A stretch of DNA of 64,000 nt. Origin: Dehalococcoidia bacterium. GTDB taxonomy: Bacteria; Chloroflexota; Dehalococcoidia; Lucifugimonadales; UBA3495. Position numbers and translations under genes: made by a program. Of the stretch, positions 37,150 to 47,110 are shown one piece after another (position 1 is the stretch's first letter; each line of letters opens with the position of its first letter). The stretch is taken from the NCBI GenBank assembly GCA_965249065.1, contig CBDFLG010000001.1, positions 1,286,646 through 1,350,645 on the forward strand. Reading direction: 5' to 3'. Below the pieces are notes generated by a model. That model had not been told where the DNA came from. It saw nothing but the letters and a program-made list of their open reading frames with translations, and did no database searches.

Positions 37150-39414
37150 ATGACCCAAGCTGCCGATCTTTTGCAGGGCCTGAATCCGGCGCAGCGGGAA
37201 GCTGTGGAGACAGTTGACGGGCCATTGCTCATCATAGCCGGGCCGGGCAGCGGCAAGACGCGAGTAATCACCCACCGCATTGCCTACCTGGTGCGCGTTT
37301 GCGGCGTCAGCCCCTACAGCATCCTGGCGATGACCTTCACCAACAAGGCGGCGCGGGAAATGCGCGAACGTCTGGCCCGGCTGACAGGTCCCTATAGCGA
37401 CGCCCTCACCGTCGGCACCTTTCATTCCTTCTGCGCGAGGTTGCTACGGCGGGAAGGCGAGCATCTGGGGCTGTCACGCAACTACTCCATATTTGACGGT
37501 GACGACCAGATTGCCGCCATCAAGCGTTGCTTGGAGCAGGCCGACTATGACCCCAAGCGCCACCCGCCCCGGGCTGTGCTGGCGGCGATTTCGCGGGCCA
37601 AGAGCGTGTTGCAGGACTCGCAGGCCATGGCCCGGCAGTCTCAGGGAGACTACTTTGGGGAGGTCAGCGCCCGCGTCTACCGCCATTACGAGGAACTGCT
37701 GGCCCGCAATAATGCAGTGGACTTCGACGACCTGCTGCTGCGGACGGCGCAATTATTCCGCGAGTTTCCGGAAGTGTTGCAGCGTTATCAGGAACGCTAC
37801 ACCTATCTTATGGTGGACGAGTTTCAGGACACCAACGTCGCCCAGTACCGTATTTCCCAGCAGATGGCGCAAACGCATCAAAACTTCTGCGTCGTTGGCG
37901 ATCCCGACCAGTCGATTTACTCCTGGCGCAGCGCCGACGTTCGCAACATCCTCAACTTCAAGGCCGACTACCCTAGGGCTCGGGCAATCCCGCTGGGTCA
38001 GAACTACCGCTCCACCGCGACCATCCTGAACGCCGCCAAGGGGCTGATTGAATCCAACGGCCAGCGGCTGGACAACGACCTGTTCACCGAAAACTCTACC
38101 GGCCTGCCGGTTCAGGTGGGTGAGGCGTACGACGATGATCAGGAGGCCGCCAGCGTCATCGCCGAAATCAAGCGGCTGACCCGCGAGGAAGGCTTCAAGC
38201 TCGGCGGCTGCGCCGTGATGTACCGGGTCAACGCACAGTCGCGCGCGCTGGAAGAAGCCTGCCTGCAACAGGGCGTGAAGTACCGGTTGGTTGGCGGCAC
38301 CCGCTTTTACAACCGGCGCGAAATCCGGGACCTCACCGCCTACCTGCGCCTGCTCAACAATCAGCAGGACGACGTAAACCTGGCGCGCGTGGTCGGCGTT
38401 CCGCCCCGGGGTATCGGAGCCAAGTCAATGCAGCAGCTTGCCGGCTGGGCGTCGGCCCATGGAGTCTCGATGTTCGAGGCCATGCGTGAGGTTGCCGCCG
38501 CCGCCGCCAAGAAGCCTGTTCCTGCGTCTCTGCCTTCCCGCGCCGCCTCTGCCATCTCCAAATTCGCCGCCGTCATTGACCGGCTGGTGGGCCTAAGCCG
38601 CGAGGTGGAAGTGGTGAAGCTAATCGACCTGCTGCTGGCAGAGTCGGGCTTGCAGAAGCACATCCAGGATAGCGATGACCGGCCCGAAGAGCGGTGGGAG
38701 AACGTGATGGCCTTCCGCGCCCTCGCCCAGGAATTCAACGCAGAGACCCCGCCCGATGGATTGGGGTCGCTGCTGGAGCGCACCGCGCTGGTGTCGCAGG
38801 TGGATGAACTTGAGGACGCCGATGATTCCATCACCCTTATCACGCTGCACCAGGCCAAAGGTCTGGAGTTTCCGGTCGTGTTCATCGTCGGTTTGGAAGA
38901 GGGGTTGCTGCCCCACAGCCGCTCCATGGACAGCGAAGAGCAGACGGAAGAAGAACGGCGGTTGTGCTACGTGGGCATGACCCGCGCTGAGCAGCGGCTC
39001 TACCTGCTGCGCGCCTTTCGCCGTGGCTTCCGGGGAGGTAACGGCGGCCCGGCCATCGCGTCCCGCTTCCTGCGGGAGATACCGGCGGAACTGGTTGCGC
39101 CGGCGGCTCTGACTTCGGCCCCGGCGCGGGCTGTTTCCGCGCCGGAGCCTGGCCGGGGCAGTTCCATCCGCGCCGCCGCTCTGGCTGCCGCCGCGGCCGC
39201 GCCGCCGCCCTCCCGTCCGTCGCTCCGGGTGGGCGACCCGGTGCGCCATGTGGCCTTTGGCGACGGCATCGTCACCGCCTGCGACGCCACGGCGTCCGAC
39301 GTTGAGGTCACTGTGGAATTCGCCGGCGGCGCGGGCGTCAAGCGGTTGCTGCTCAGCTTCGCGCCATTGGAAAAACTGGACGACAACTTCGACTCCGCTA
39401 ATGGTGAAAGGTAG
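37150..39414 (+). CDS. pcrA: ATP-dependent DNA helicase PcrA/UvrD
   Basis: LNPAQREAV, AGPGSGKTRV, MVDEFQDTN, VGDPDQSIYSWRSA, GQNYRS, TLHQAKGLEF and YVGMTRA. Confidence 0.9.
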   Translation: MTQAADLLQGLNPAQREAVETVDGPLLIIAGPGSGKTRVITHRIAYLVRVCGVSPYSILAMTFTNKAAREMRERLARLTGPYSDALTVGTFHSFCARLLRREGEHLGLSRNYSIFDGDDQIAAIKRCLEQADYDPKRHPPRAVLAAISRAKSVLQDSQAMARQSQGDYFGEVSARVYRHYEELLARNNAVDFDDLLLRTAQLFREFPEVLQRYQERYTYLMVDEFQDTNVAQYRISQQMAQTHQNFCVVGDPDQSIYSWRSADVRNILNFKADYPRARAIPLGQNYRSTATILNAAKGLIESNGQRLDNDLFTENSTGLPVQVGEAYDDDQEAASVIAEIKRLTREEGFKLGGCAVMYRVNAQSRALEEACLQQGVKYRLVGGTRFYNRREIRDLTAYLRLLNNQQDDVNLARVVGVPPRGIGAKSMQQLAGWASAHGVSMFEAMREVAAAAAKKPVPASLPSRAASAISKFAAVIDRLVGLSREVEVVKLIDLLLAESGLQKHIQDSDDRPEERWENVMAFRALAQEFNAETPPDGLGSLLERTALVSQVDELEDADDSITLITLHQAKGLEFPVVFIVGLEEGLLPHSRSMDSEEQTEEERRLCYVGMTRAEQRLYLLRAFRRGFRGGNGGPAIASRFLREIPAELVAPAALTSAPARAVSAPEPGRGSSIRAAALAAAAAAPPPSRPSLRVGDPVRHVAFGDGIVTACDATASDVEVTVEFAGGAGVKRLLLSFAPLEKLDDNFDSANGER

Positions 39415-39427
39415 CAGTTTCCGGGAT

Positions 39428-40410
39428 ATGCTTGACAAGATGCGAGGCTTTGCCCACCGGCTGACCCACTCCCACGGGTTCTAATACTTCATCATTGCGC
39501 TCATCCTGGCCAACGCCATTATGCTGGGTCTGGAGACTTTACCTTATGTGATGGATGGGTACGGGGAATGGATAAGCCTGGGCCATCGGGTTGACGTCTG
39601 GGAGTGTTCATCGTTGAAGGGGCGTTAAAGATATTCGCCGTTTCGCCGCGGGCTGACCGCTATTTCCGCGACGGCTGGAACGTCTTTGATTTTTCGATAA
39701 TCGTGTTCTCGCTGATCAAAATAGGTTTAGTAGACTCATCCCGGGTCTCCCTTATGTGATGGATGGGCGATCGTTGAAGCGGCGTTAAAGATATTCGCTG
39801 TTTCGCGTGGGCTGACCGCTATTTCCGCGACGGCTGGAACGTCTTTGATTTTTCGATAATCGTGTTCTCGCTGATCCCCGCGACCGGCGGATTCGCCGTC
39901 ATCGCACGGATGGCCCGGTTGTTGCGGCTGGTTTCCGCCGTGCCCGAACTGCGGCTGATTGTGTCCACGCTGGTCCGCTCGATTCCCAGTATGCTGCACA
40001 TCGTGGCCCTGATGAGCCTGATGGTATACGTCTACGCCATCATCGGTTACCAGCTATTCCACGAACACGACCCCCAGCACTGGCGCAACCTGGGCGTATC
40101 CCTGCTGTCGCTTTTCCAGGTGGTGACGCTGGAAGGCTGGGCCGAAATTATGTACAAGGCGATGGAGTATCACCCTCTGACCTGGATTTACTTCGTCAGC
40201 TCCGTGGCGCTGGGAACCTTCGTAGTGATCAATATGTTTATCGCGGTGGTAATCAATAACCTGGACGAAGCCAAGCAGGAGCGCCTCCGCGAACTGGAGC
40301 AGTCCCCAACCTCCGACTCCCTCCTGAGCGAATCCGCACGACCCAACAGTCCCTGCGCCGCCTGGAAGAGCAACTGCGACGACGCCGGGAGGACCGAAGA
40401 CGGGGGGTGA
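39428..40410 (+). pseudogene. bacterial voltage-gated sodium channel (NaChBac/BacNaV-like), disrupted
   Basis: MLDKMRGFAHRLTHSHGF-TAA-YFIIALILANAIMLGLET carries an in-frame stop at 39482. A frameshift lies near 39600 and a partial tandem duplication follows. The intact distal part has S4 ARMARLLRLVSAVPELRLIV and pore FQVVTLEGWAEIMY. Confidence 0.7.
39541..39877. repeat. imperfect tandem duplication within the channel gene
   Basis: ccttatgtgatggatggg...gttaaagatattcgc.gtttcgc...gctgaccgctatttccgcgacggctggaacgtctttgatttttcgataatcgtgttctcgctgatc occurs at 39541..39717. It recurs at 39748..39877, where the second copy has an internal deletion. Confidence 0.85.
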
Positions 40411-40598
40411 CAGGGCTGGCAGAACTCGCATTTGGCAGCGACAGCGCGACGCGGCAACAGTGGTCTACGTGATATTATTCCGTAACCGCACTGGCGTAAC
40501 ACGCGCACCGGCGCTTCGGGGGTTGATAGCTTGCACAGAACGGGCAGCCTGCACCTGTACCAGAAGTTGGCAGTCTTGAACTTGAGCCTGCCTGCCTG

Positions 40599-41879
40599 AT
40601 GGCCTCCCTCGTCGGCCTCCGGCATCGCATGAGAGGCGTCTACCCCGGCTGGTGGGTGATCGGGGCCTGCTGCTTCTTGGCCCTCTTTCCGGGCGCGATA
40701 TTCTCCTACGGTTTCCCTGTCTTCTACATCCCCATCCGGGAAGAGCTGATGCTCACCGATACGCAGGTCTCGCTGATTTTCGCGCTGTCCCGAGGCGAGG
40801 CCGGTATTGGCGGGCCGCTGGTCGGCTGGATGGTGGACAAGTTCGACTCACGGCCCATCGTGCTGGTGTTCGGGCTGCTGGCTGGCGTCGGCCTGATCAT
40901 CCTGGCAGGAGTAGACGGCTATTGGGTGTTCGTGCTGATCTATGTCGGCGTGGTGTCGGTGGGCAACAACAGCGGCTTCGGGCAGACCTTCCTGGCTGTG
41001 ACCAACCGTTGGTTTGTGCGCCGCCGCGCCGTAGGGATGACGCTGGTTATCACCTGCTACACCGCCGGCGGGGCGATGCTGGTTCCGGTGCTGTCGCGGG
41101 GCATTGATGCTCTGGGCTGGCGCGATGTGATGCTCTACGCCGGCATCTTCGTGGTCGTGATGGTGATCCCTGTTTCTCTGTTCATCCGGCGCTCGCCGGA
41201 GAGCATGGGCATAGACTTGGTCCAAGCGGGCGAAGCTGTGGACCAGTCGGCAGCGGGCTCTTCGTCGCAGTCGTCCGGGCGGGACTTCACGGTGCGCGAG
41301 GCCCTGCTGACTCCGACCTACTGGTTCATCCTGCTGGCCAGCGCCTTCCGCATTTCGGTCACCAGCGGAATCCTGGTGCATGCCATCCCAATCATGGTAT
41401 GGAAGGGGACCTCGGAGCAGACCGGGGCGGACCTGCTGGCGATGCTTTTCTTCGTCTCAATTCCGGCGCGGCTGCTCATAGGATTCTCCGGCCTGCGGCT
41501 GCCGGGTCAGGGGGTGCTGGGGGTTGGGATGGCAGTGGGGTGTATTTCGGTGCTTGCCCTGGATCTGGTTGCGGGCGTCTGGATTATCTTCCCCTTCGTT
41601 GCCGGACTTGCGATTCTTGAGGGGGCGGCGGTGCTGAACTGGGTGCTGCTGGGAAATCTCTTCGGACGGCGCAACTTTGCCACGTTGACCGGCATCATAT
41701 CGGTGTTCTACAGCGCGGGCATGATGCTGTCGCCGCTGTTTCTGGGCTGGATGGTGGACCGCACGGGCGGCGGCTACACCGAGTCGCTGCTGGTAATGGC
41801 CGGGTTGTACGCCGTCAGCGCCGTGCTGTTCTCCATCGCCCGCCGCCCCGCGCCAGTCCGGGCGGAACAACCGGCCTGA
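40599..41879 (+). CDS. MFS transporter
   Basis: About 12 hydrophobic segments with a central hydrophilic loop. Alternative start at 40629. Confidence 0.75.
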   Translation: MASLVGLRHRMRGVYPGWWVIGACCFLALFPGAIFSYGFPVFYIPIREELMLTDTQVSLIFALSRGEAGIGGPLVGWMVDKFDSRPIVLVFGLLAGVGLIILAGVDGYWVFVLIYVGVVSVGNNSGFGQTFLAVTNRWFVRRRAVGMTLVITCYTAGGAMLVPVLSRGIDALGWRDVMLYAGIFVVVMVIPVSLFIRRSPESMGIDLVQAGEAVDQSAAGSSSQSSGRDFTVREALLTPTYWFILLASAFRISVTSGILVHAIPIMVWKGTSEQTGADLLAMLFFVSIPARLLIGFSGLRLPGQGVLGVGMAVGCISVLALDLVAGVWIIFPFVAGLAILEGAAVLNWVLLGNLFGRRNFATLTGIISVFYSAGMMLSPLFLGWMVDRTGGGYTESLLVMAGLYAVSAVLFSIARRPAPVRAEQPA

Positions 41880-42081
41880 ATTGCCGGTCAAAAACTCTCC
41901 GCATAAGATGCGCGGCTGTAGTAATAAGAGGCGGATGCTATAATGAGAAACCAGCGTTGTCCTACCGGAATTCGACGCGCGCCCAAAGGATGCTCCGGCA
42001 TCTCTGCGGCGGCGCAGCCCGGCAGTCAGGCAGCGGAAAGCCATCCGTTTCCATCAGGTTAAGGTGCTTTAAGGACTTACC

Positions 42082-43194
42082 ATGCTGAAAATCGAACCCC
42101 AGAATCTGCGTACCCCTGGCCCTACTCCAATCCCCGACGACATAGTTGAAGCGATGGGCAACCCGATGATTAACCATCGTGGCCCGGAGTTCGACGAGCT
42201 GATCAAAAAGTCAACGGCCCAACTGAAGCAGGTCTTTATGACGTCCAACGACCTGTTCATCCTCACCTCCTCCGGGACCGGAGCGCTGGAGGCCTCGCTG
42301 GTCAACACGCTGTCGCCGGGCGACAAGGTGGTGGCGGCGACGGCCGGCTCCTTTGGCGACCGCTTCATAGACATGGCAGTGGCCTTCGGCGCCGACGTGC
42401 ACCGGCTCGACTTCGAGTGGGGCAGCCCGGTCGACCCCGACGCCATCCGGCAGGCCCTGCGTGACGACCCGGAAGTCAAGGCGGTGATGATTACCCACAA
42501 CGAGACTTCCACCGGCGTCACCCACCCGCTGGAAGAGATCGCCCGCATCGCCAAGCAGGAGTTCGACAAGCTGCTGCTGGTGGATGCCGTGAGCAGCCTG
42601 GGCTGCCTGCCGCTGCCGGTGGACGCCTGGGACTGCGACCTGGTCGGCACCGCGTCGCAGAAGGGGTTTATGATTCCGCCCGGCCTGTCATTCATCACCG
42701 TCAGCGAACGCGCTTGGGAGGCCCAGAAGTCGGCCACCATGCCCCGGTTTTACTTCGACCTGGAAGAAGCCAAAAGGACGCTGGAGCGGGGGCAGACTCC
42801 CTTCACTCCCAACGTCGCCGCGATGTACGGCCTGAGCCTGGCCCTCGACAAGATTCTGGAGGAAGGGCTGGAGGGCGTTTTTGGACGTCACGCCGCCATC
42901 GGACAGCTCACCCGCGACCGTATCCGCGAGTTGGGGCTGGAGCTACTGGTGTCCGACGAACGCTACGCCTCCAACACCGTCACGGCGGTGAAGATGCCGG
43001 AAGGCATTGACGGCCGTGCGCTGATGAGCCGCCTGCGGACGGAAAAGAACGTGGTGCTGGCCGGCGGGCAGGGCAAGCTGAGCACCAGCATATTCCGAAT
43101 CGGGCACTTGGGCCACGTTACCGAGGACGACATCGACGAGGTTATTGGGGCGCTCGAAGACCTGCTGCCCCAAGTGGGGTTCAGCGCCGGTTAG
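42082..43194 (+). CDS. class V pyridoxal-phosphate aminotransferase (serine-glyoxylate/alanine-glyoxylate type)
   Basis: TPGPTPIPD, INHRGPEF, HNETSTGV, LVDAVSSLG, TASQKGFM (PLP lysine) and FRIGHLG. Confidence 0.85.
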   Translation: MLKIEPQNLRTPGPTPIPDDIVEAMGNPMINHRGPEFDELIKKSTAQLKQVFMTSNDLFILTSSGTGALEASLVNTLSPGDKVVAATAGSFGDRFIDMAVAFGADVHRLDFEWGSPVDPDAIRQALRDDPEVKAVMITHNETSTGVTHPLEEIARIAKQEFDKLLLVDAVSSLGCLPLPVDAWDCDLVGTASQKGFMIPPGLSFITVSERAWEAQKSATMPRFYFDLEEAKRTLERGQTPFTPNVAAMYGLSLALDKILEEGLEGVFGRHAAIGQLTRDRIRELGLELLVSDERYASNTVTAVKMPEGIDGRALMSRLRTEKNVVLAGGQGKLSTSIFRIGHLGHVTEDDIDEVIGALEDLLPQVGFSAG

Positions 43195-43210
43195 CCCCCG
43201 CCATACCCGT

Positions 43211-43236
43211 AGGGGCGCACAGAGCGGTGCGCCCCT
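43211..43236. repeat. GGGGCGCAC palindrome (copy 1 of 3)
   Basis: AGGGGCGCAC-AGAGCG-GTGCGCCCCT, 17 nt after the aminotransferase stop. Confidence 0.8.
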
Positions 43237-43297
43237 GCACTGACAAGTCCGGATACAAACTGATAACGCCGAACAAAAGGCGACGGAACGGAACAAG

Positions 43298-43837
43298 TTG
43301 TCGGTTTCCCAACTGGAACAGGCCATGGCCAATCTTCGCATAGGCTTGGCGGAGATGGAGAACAAAGAGGCGCAGCTGGACGCGCAGATTACGCAGTTCA
43401 AGCAGCAGCTTCGCCGTGTGCCGCGCCAAGCCATCTACGGCCAGGCCAGCCTGGACGCATCGCTGGCCGCCATGGGAGAAATCGAGGAGCGGCTGGCCGA
43501 CGCCGAGGCGGTACGCCGCAGGCTGCTCCAAATAAAGGCAACCGCCGCCCAAGAACTGGAGGCCCTGGTGGTGCTGAAACAGGTGGACGAGGCCCGCACC
43601 GCCCTGGCCAACCTCAGACGGCGCGGCGCAGGCGACGCAGAAACGGCAGCCGAAATCCGCCGCCTGGAAGGGTTCATAGCCGTCAACAGCAAGCGAGCCG
43701 AGCAGGCGATTACATCGCGGTACGAGGAGCGGGCTGAGCAAAACGATGCTACCGGCAAGCAATATAACGTAGGGGCGCACGGCTGTGCGCCCCTACGGAT
43801 TTTCCGGGCCACGGCGAAATCGGCAGTCCCAGCTTAA
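43298..43837 (+). CDS. coiled-coil hypothetical protein
   Basis: TTG start. E/A/Q/R-rich heptad-like sequence. The 3' end runs through palindrome copy 2. Could be a GC-rich spurious frame. Confidence 0.4.
   Translation: MSVSQLEQAMANLRIGLAEMENKEAQLDAQITQFKQQLRRVPRQAIYGQASLDASLAAMGEIEERLADAEAVRRRLLQIKATAAQELEALVVLKQVDEARTALANLRRRGAGDAETAAEIRRLEGFIAVNSKRAEQAITSRYEERAEQNDATGKQYNVGAHGCAPLRIFRATAKSAVPA
43768..43797. repeat. GGGGCGCAC palindrome (copy 2 of 3)
   Basis: CGTAGGGGCGCAC-GGCT-GTGCGCCCCTACG. This is a 13-bp perfect stem at the convergence of two genes. Confidence 0.8.
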
Positions 43838-45114
43838 ATCTCTCCGTCAATCCGGTTGATGACTAGGCCGGTGGGCAGCTTGGGGTAGAAGAAAGTTGAC
43901 TTGCGTGGGAGCCTCTGTCCCTGGCCCACGATGTCCTCGAAGGCGTCCATGGGAAAGGGTTTCATCAGGAAGGCCATTTGCAGCGCGCCGCTTGCTACGC
44001 CCTCCGCCGCTTCATCGTGGTCGTGCAGGAATCCCAGATGCTCCAGGGTGGCCTCGCCCAACTCTGGGCGCAGGACTTTCTCCTCCAACACCCAGGCTTC
44101 CGAGACGGCCATCGCTCCCCAGTCACTGCCAACGGCCGACGGGCGGAGCGTGAGCAGTTGCGCGCCTTCCGGCCCCAGAGCAGCCATGACCCGGCCGGTG
44201 CGCCCTCGCTCCTCGACCAGATCCACCACCTCAGCGGCGGAACGCTCCCCGGCGGGTTCGGCGTCGAAAACTTCGGACAGACGAGCCTGCACACGAGCCA
44301 GTTGCCCGTCGCTCAACCCGCTCAGGTTGCGGTGGTAGGGCAGCACCACCAGGCCGGGGTCGTCAAAGGCGATTAGGGTCATCATCACGTAGTTGTGGGA
44401 CAGCGACGGCGCGTCTGCCCCCTCGGAGTGGCGGGCAAGCTGGTAGTGCCGGGACGCCTCATAGCGGTGATGCCCGTCGGCCAGAAATACCGGGCGGTCT
44501 GCGAAGAAGCGGGCAATGGCGGCCACGCCGTCCGCGTCGGCGATGCGCCACATGGTAGTGTCTGAGCCGAATTCGTCCTGAGCGTCAACTTCCGGCGCGC
44601 CAGCCATAACCCGCTGGAACAGCGGGCCCAGTTCGTTATCGGCATCGCGGTAGAGGGACATGATGGGGCTGATGTTGGCCGACACGGATTCCATCAGCGT
44701 CACCCGGTCGCGGATGGCGGGCGCCTCGGTAAACTCGTGGGGCAGCACCTGCCGGGTTTCGTAGTCCTCAAGTCCGACGCAGGCAATCAGGCCCAGCCGC
44801 GAGCGTGCTTGTCCTCCTAGGGTAAAGCCGTGGCGCAGCAGATAATAGCCCGGCTCGGCGTCCTGTTGCAGCACCCTGTCGCGGAGCCACTGCTCGAACC
44901 GTCCGGCGGTCTCGGCATAGCGTCCGGCCGGGTCCGCCGACCAGTCCAGCCCCTCGCCCGCCTCTAGGTGGATGACGTTCAGCGGGTGCCGCTCCATCAA
45001 GGACTGCTGAATACGCGGGGTTATCAGGTCATAGGGGGGGCACAACACGGCGGCCATATCATCAACCACCGCCGGGTTGTAGCGCCACCCACGAAAGGGA
45101 GTAACTTTCGCCAT
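43834..45114 (-). CDS. DUF1015 domain-containing protein
   Basis: MAKVTPFRGWRYNPAVVDDMAAVLCPPYD... and ...LADGHHRYEA. Confidence 0.85.
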   Translation of the reverse strand: MAKVTPFRGWRYNPAVVDDMAAVLCPPYDLITPRIQQSLMERHPLNVIHLEAGEGLDWSADPAGRYAETAGRFEQWLRDRVLQQDAEPGYYLLRHGFTLGGQARSRLGLIACVGLEDYETRQVLPHEFTEAPAIRDRVTLMESVSANISPIMSLYRDADNELGPLFQRVMAGAPEVDAQDEFGSDTTMWRIADADGVAAIARFFADRPVFLADGHHRYEASRHYQLARHSEGADAPSLSHNYVMMTLIAFDDPGLVVLPYHRNLSGLSDGQLARVQARLSEVFDAEPAGERSAAEVVDLVEERGRTGRVMAALGPEGAQLLTLRPSAVGSDWGAMAVSEAWVLEEKVLRPELGEATLEHLGFLHDHDEAAEGVASGALQMAFLMKPFPMDAFEDIVGQGQRLPRKSTFFYPKLPTGLVINRIDGEI

Positions 45115-45376
45115 AAAATCACCTTGCTGATATTGGGGCTGAATTCGGGGTGCGACTTCAGCCTCAACCGTTTGGGCTATGTATCCAGCGGACGGGTAAA
45201 AATTTTCAGTGGCCGTCCGGCCTTCCGGTCAAGTTCCTGCCTGCCAGTTCAGTATACGGCTTGGGACGTTTTCGGAAAAGGCGGGTTCAGAGCAACGGGC
45301 TGCTTGTGTTATACTGCGTACCGATCTTATATGGCCCATCGCCAAGCTAATCCTGGAAGATTAAGGACGATTGCCC

Positions 45377-46597
45377 ATGCCCGGCCCGATTAGCCAAGTT
45401 GACGACGGCACCATCACCACGGCCCGAGGATTCCGGGCTGGCGGCACCTATGCCGGCATCAAGACATATTCCGACGACAAGATGGACGTTGGGATGCTGT
45501 TGTCCGACACTCCATGCGTTGCCGCTGGGGTCTTCACCAAGAGCAGCATCGTCTCCCCGTCGGTTACAGTTAACCGCGAAACGCTGGCCGGGGGGCATCC
45601 CGTGCGCGGGCTGGTGGTCAATTCTGGTATCGCCAACGCCGGGGTGGGCGAGCAGGGCTACATTGACGCCAAGGAGATGGCGGTCATCGCCGCCGCCGCC
45701 CTGGGCGTGAAGCCAGAGGAAGTGCTGGTCTTCAGCACTGGAATCATTGGCGTCGAGCTGCCCATGACCCTGATCAAGTCCGGCGTAGGGCAGATTGAGT
45801 TGTCGGAGACCAGCGGCAACCCATTGGCCCGGGCCATGATGACGACCGACACGCATCCCAAGGAAGTGGGCGTAAGCGTCGACATCGGCGGAGTTGAAGT
45901 ACGCATCGGCGGCGTGGCCAAGGGGTCGGGGATGATTCATCCCAACATGGCAACGATGCTGGCCTTCATCGCCACCGACGCCGCAGTGGACCAGAGTTTG
46001 TTGCGGACAATGCTGCCGGAGGTTGCGGACTTTTCGCTGAATATGCTGACCGTTGACGGCGACAGCAGCACCAACGATTCGCTGGTAGTGCTGGCCAACG
46101 GGGCCGCCGGGAACGCCACCATCACTGCCGGAACCCCGGAGGCCGAGGCGTTCAAGGCGGGACTGCTGGAGGTCTGCGTCCAACTCACCCGCCAACTGGC
46201 CCGTGACGGCGAGGGCGCGACTCACCTGATGGTGGTCGAGGTCACCGGCGCCCGCAACAACGATGACGCCCGCATTGCCGCCCGGACTATCGCGTCGTCT
46301 CTGCTGGTCAAGTCGGCGGTCTATGGGGCCGATCCCAACTGGGGCCGCCTGCTGGCCGCCTTGGGCCGCAGCCAGGCCGAGGCTGTGGAAGAGAAAATCG
46401 GCCTTTACATCAACGGCGTCTGCATCATGGAGGTAGGGAAGCCCGTCCCCTTCCACCGGGATGCAGTGGTCGCGCTGATGCGGGGCGACGAGGTCACCTT
46501 CCGAATTGCCCTCAACCTGGCCGACGGACAGGCGACGGCATGGGGCTGCGACCTGACCGAGGAATACGTGGTTATCAACAGCGCCTATACCACTTAG
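45377..46597 (+). CDS. argJ: bifunctional glutamate N-acetyltransferase / amino-acid acetyltransferase
   Basis: MMTTDTHPKE, the HPNMATMLAFIATDA autoprocessing site, and DGDSSTND. Confidence 0.9.
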   Translation: MPGPISQVDDGTITTARGFRAGGTYAGIKTYSDDKMDVGMLLSDTPCVAAGVFTKSSIVSPSVTVNRETLAGGHPVRGLVVNSGIANAGVGEQGYIDAKEMAVIAAAALGVKPEEVLVFSTGIIGVELPMTLIKSGVGQIELSETSGNPLARAMMTTDTHPKEVGVSVDIGGVEVRIGGVAKGSGMIHPNMATMLAFIATDAAVDQSLLRTMLPEVADFSLNMLTVDGDSSTNDSLVVLANGAAGNATITAGTPEAEAFKAGLLEVCVQLTRQLARDGEGATHLMVVEVTGARNNDDARIAARTIASSLLVKSAVYGADPNWGRLLAALGRSQAEAVEEKIGLYINGVCIMEVGKPVPFHRDAVVALMRGDEVTFRIALNLADGQATAWGCDLTEEYVVINSAYTT

Positions 46598-46658
46598 CCG
46601 CAGTTCTTCAACCACAGAGAACACATATAACCAGGGAATCAAAGGCGGAGAACCCCTT

Positions 46659-47042
46659 ATGGAACCGACAGTTTGGGTGCCCGCAGCCGGGGCAGTACTG
46701 AGTACGCTTATCGTATCTGGAGTGGCGTTGTTGATTTGGGGAATCAACACGCTGCTGAGAATGAACGACCGGCTGTCGAGACTGGAAATAGGCCAGGCGA
46801 ATTTGCAAGAAGGCCAGGCGAAGCTGGAAGCAGGTCAGGCGAGGCTGGAAGCAAGCCAGGCGAAGCTGGAAGCAGGTCAGGTTAAGCTGGAAGTAGGGCT
46901 GGCGAATGTGCAAGCAGGTCAGGTTAAGCTGGAAGCAGGGCTGGCGAATGTGCAAGCAGGTCAGGTTAAGCTGGAAGCAGGGCTGGATGAGATCCGTCGT
47001 CTGCTGAATTACTCGCGCATTCCCGCGGGGGAGAACCCGTAA
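46659..47042 (+). CDS. small membrane-anchored heptad-repeat protein (127 aa)
   Basis: TM helix AAGAVLSTLIVSGVALLIWGI, followed by nine 7-aa units GQAKLEA / GLANVQA. Located in the argJ-argB spacer. Confidence 0.55.
   Translation: MEPTVWVPAAGAVLSTLIVSGVALLIWGINTLLRMNDRLSRLEIGQANLQEGQAKLEAGQARLEASQAKLEAGQVKLEVGLANVQAGQVKLEAGLANVQAGQVKLEAGLDEIRRLLNYSRIPAGENP
46791..46979. repeat. nine tandem 21-nt units inside the CDS
   Basis: ggccaggcgaagctggaagca-type units. The last four units form near-perfect 42-nt repeats (ggtcaggttaagctggaagca gggctggcgaatgtgcaagca). Confidence 0.85.
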
Positions 47043-47110
47043 ATGAATGCCCATGGTTTCTCCATGATCTCTGTGCCTAAAATTTTATTGACTGGAGCTC
47101 TGCCCTGCCC

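Noticed and set aside
41880-42081. About 130-nt leader after a TATAAT box upstream of the class V aminotransferase, considered as a riboswitch (e.g. glycine)
   Set aside because: I could not recognise any known riboswitch core sequences. Only generic GC-rich pairing potential is present.
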